Below are positions 62,377 to 64,000 of a stretch of 64,000 nucleotides of DNA, in pieces. Within the stretch, counting starts at the first letter, position 1. The number at the start of each line of letters is the position of its first letter. Origin of the DNA: an uncultured virus (IMG/VR IMGVR_UViG_3300029922_000048) (lineage: Duplodnaviria > Heunggongvirae > Uroviricota > Caudoviricetes); IMG/VR virus record IMGVR_UViG_3300029922_000048; one strand, given 5' to 3'. A program made the translations under genes and the position numbers. The notes below the pieces were generated by a model. It was not told the DNA's origin. It worked only from the letters and a program-made list of their open reading frames with translations, and searched no databases.

Positions 62377-64000
62377 TGAGTCCTGCTGTACAATCAATCG
62401 TCGGCAATAGCGGTTGGTACGTAATGTTAGCAATGGTGGGTACTGCTTTGGCTACGTCATGGCAGTACCTGAAGGGATGGTTCTCAAGGTTGAGATCACT
62501 GGTGGTCGTGAACGTCACCCTCGAAGGTTCCTACGCGGTGGCGGCTGTGTTGCACCATCTCCGTCAGAGCTATCGTCAAGGTAAATTGGGTGATAGGTTG
62601 TTTGTGGGGATTACTACGTTGGTGAAGCCCCTCCAGAGAGTGCAGCGAGTGTGTTTCGAATCTCTCGATACGCCTTCGATGAAGTTCTTCTGGAAGGGTT
62701 GGTGCCCTGTCATGATGGGCTACACTGGAGCAACCACTGGTTCGGGAGGATCGTCCCCGAGCCCTGGCAAAAGTACGCTGAGCTACATCCGTGGAACTCT
62801 CGACATCGAAAAGTTCATGGCTGTGGCCTTCGAGGGATTTAACGGATTGTCAGACGCTCACAACAAAGCCGATCATGAGCAATACTCAAAAACTCGCTTC
62901 TTCGTTAAGCACATCGTAGGTGATCCTCGTAGAAATGACAGGAACTCCACAGGTGGTGAAGTCGCCAACAAAGCACCGGGAAGTGGCAGTAACGATACCT
63001 ATGGACCTGAGTTCAGGGCCTCCCATAAGCCAATCGGTTGGGACCTCAGTGAACTGTTCGCTAACCTACATCTTGACCCGTTTGACGGTCTGGTTTATCC
63101 CGACTACGTTAAGGAACTGGTCGCTGAGGTAGAGCGGTGGAGAAACTCGCGTGATTGGTTTCAACTTCGTCGCATACCATGGCGTCGTGGTTGGCTTCTA
63201 AAGGGGAAGCCCGGCACCGGTAAGTCGAGTCTCGTGAGAGCTATTGGACAGATGCTCGGTATGCCGATCTATGTGTTTGATATCGCTACACTCACCAATG
63301 CTGAGATGATGATGGCCTGGAAAGAGATGCTCGGTTATGGTCCCTGCTTCGCCCTCATCGAGGACATCGACGCAGTGTTTGAGGGTCGTAGGAGAATCAA
63401 GGAAGCAACTGCCGGTGAAGCCTTGATGACCTTTGATTGCTTGCTGAATTGCATCAGTGGTGTCGAACCCGCTGATGGTATATTCACTATCGTGACCACT
63501 AACCATCCTGAGAAGATCGATCCCGCGTTAGGGGTATGTGAGAATGGCATCAGTTCTCGCCCCGGTCGTCTGGATCGTATTGTGGAACTCAAGGGGATGA
63601 CCAGGGATTGCCGGGTCAAGCTCGCCAGTTTCATTTGCTCAGATTGTCCTGACGAGATTGATCGTTTGGTGAACCAGAGTAACGACTACACGGCAGCGCA
63701 GTTCCAGGAACTGTGTGGTCAGGTAGCGCTAAAGCGTTATTGGGAGGAAAAGACTAAAGTGGAAAATATTCCTCCTATCGATGTATCTGCAACATTCGTC
63801 GGGGACCATAAGTCCATGCTGAAGAGAACTCCGAGGGAACATGTGAATAAACGGGGTCATTGGAGCCTGACAGACAAGGCTGAACCCATTGATTTCTTCA
63901 TCAGAATATCGGCTCAAAAGGACATGGAGGCGGAACTACATCGAGTAAAAAAGATCAGAGACGATGCTCCTAAAACGATACTCAATCACGACCCGATGGA
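62376..64000 (+). CDS. BCS1-like membrane-anchored AAA+ ATPase, 3'-truncated by window end
   Basis: Absent from ORF track (no stop in window); N-terminal TM; IPWRRGWLLKGKPGTGKSS, LIEDIDAVF, TFDCLLNCISG, TTNHPEKIDPAL, RPGRLD. Confidence 0.85.
   Translation, partial: MSPAVQSIVGNSGWYVMLAMVGTALATSWQYLKGWFSRLRSLVVVNVTLEGSYAVAAVLHHLRQSYRQGKLGDRLFVGITTLVKPLQRVQRVCFESLDTPSMKFFWKGWCPVMMGYTGATTGSGGSSPSPGKSTLSYIRGTLDIEKFMAVAFEGFNGLSDAHNKADHEQYSKTRFFVKHIVGDPRRNDRNSTGGEVANKAPGSGSNDTYGPEFRASHKPIGWDLSELFANLHLDPFDGLVYPDYVKELVAEVERWRNSRDWFQLRRIPWRRGWLLKGKPGTGKSSLVRAIGQMLGMPIYVFDIATLTNAEMMMAWKEMLGYGPCFALIEDIDAVFEGRRRIKEATAGEALMTFDCLLNCISGVEPADGIFTIVTTNHPEKIDPALGVCENGISSRPGRLDRIVELKGMTRDCRVKLASFICSDCPDEIDRLVNQSNDYTAAQFQELCGQVALKRYWEEKTKVENIPPIDVSATFVGDHKSMLKRTPREHVNKRGHWSLTDKAEPIDFFIRISAQKDMEAELHRVKKIRDDAPKTILNHDPM

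Noticed and set aside
1..64000. Alternative genetic code (suggested by missing Gly in several motifs)
   Set aside because: The substituted positions use different codons (TTG, TCC, CTT, AGG); AGG encodes a conserved Arg in the ligase KLR motif; TAA, TAG and TGA all end genes at coupled junctions
1..64000. CRISPR array, tRNA, rRNA
   Set aside because: Intergenic gaps are short; no repeat-spacer periodicity or cloverleaf seen by eye (tRNAscan-SE would confirm)

Overview
The window is a densely coded segment of a large tailed dsDNA phage (myovirus-like, probably jumbo-sized), standard code 11, almost all on the + strand. From left to right it holds five blocks. (1) 1-16.3 kb: a sigma-70-family factor inside a baseplate/tail cluster (gp25-like, baseplate J-like, five paralogous Cys-containing tail proteins, one with six Ig-like repeats). 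(2) 16-27 kb: accessory genes (DUF2059, a K-x-A-rich putative head protein, MazG-like, nucleotidyltransferase, a frameshifted DRB0094-type RNA ligase, a secreted 3D-domain protein). (3) An inverted GpA-type terminase large subunit, then a Ycf46-like AAA / DUF3150 / DUF1257 / DUF2997 module. (4) A replication-recombination block (SbcD, SbcC, SF2 helicase, primase, DnaB, UDG-fused family A polymerase, SSB-like, RecA, RuvC) with an inserted GIY-YIG/AP2 homing endonuclease. (5) A candidate phage-encoded ubiquitin-like conjugation locus at 54.1-58.9 kb (Ubl-like precursor with internal IKGG, a large Cys-motif protein, a dead exonuclease, a JAB isopeptidase, a ThiF/E1). The window ends inside a BCS1-like AAA ATPase. 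Several genes have sigma70-type promoters 4-7 nt before the start codon, suggesting leaderless mRNAs. No tRNA, rRNA or CRISPR array was seen. All family calls come from motif recognition by eye, not database searches.
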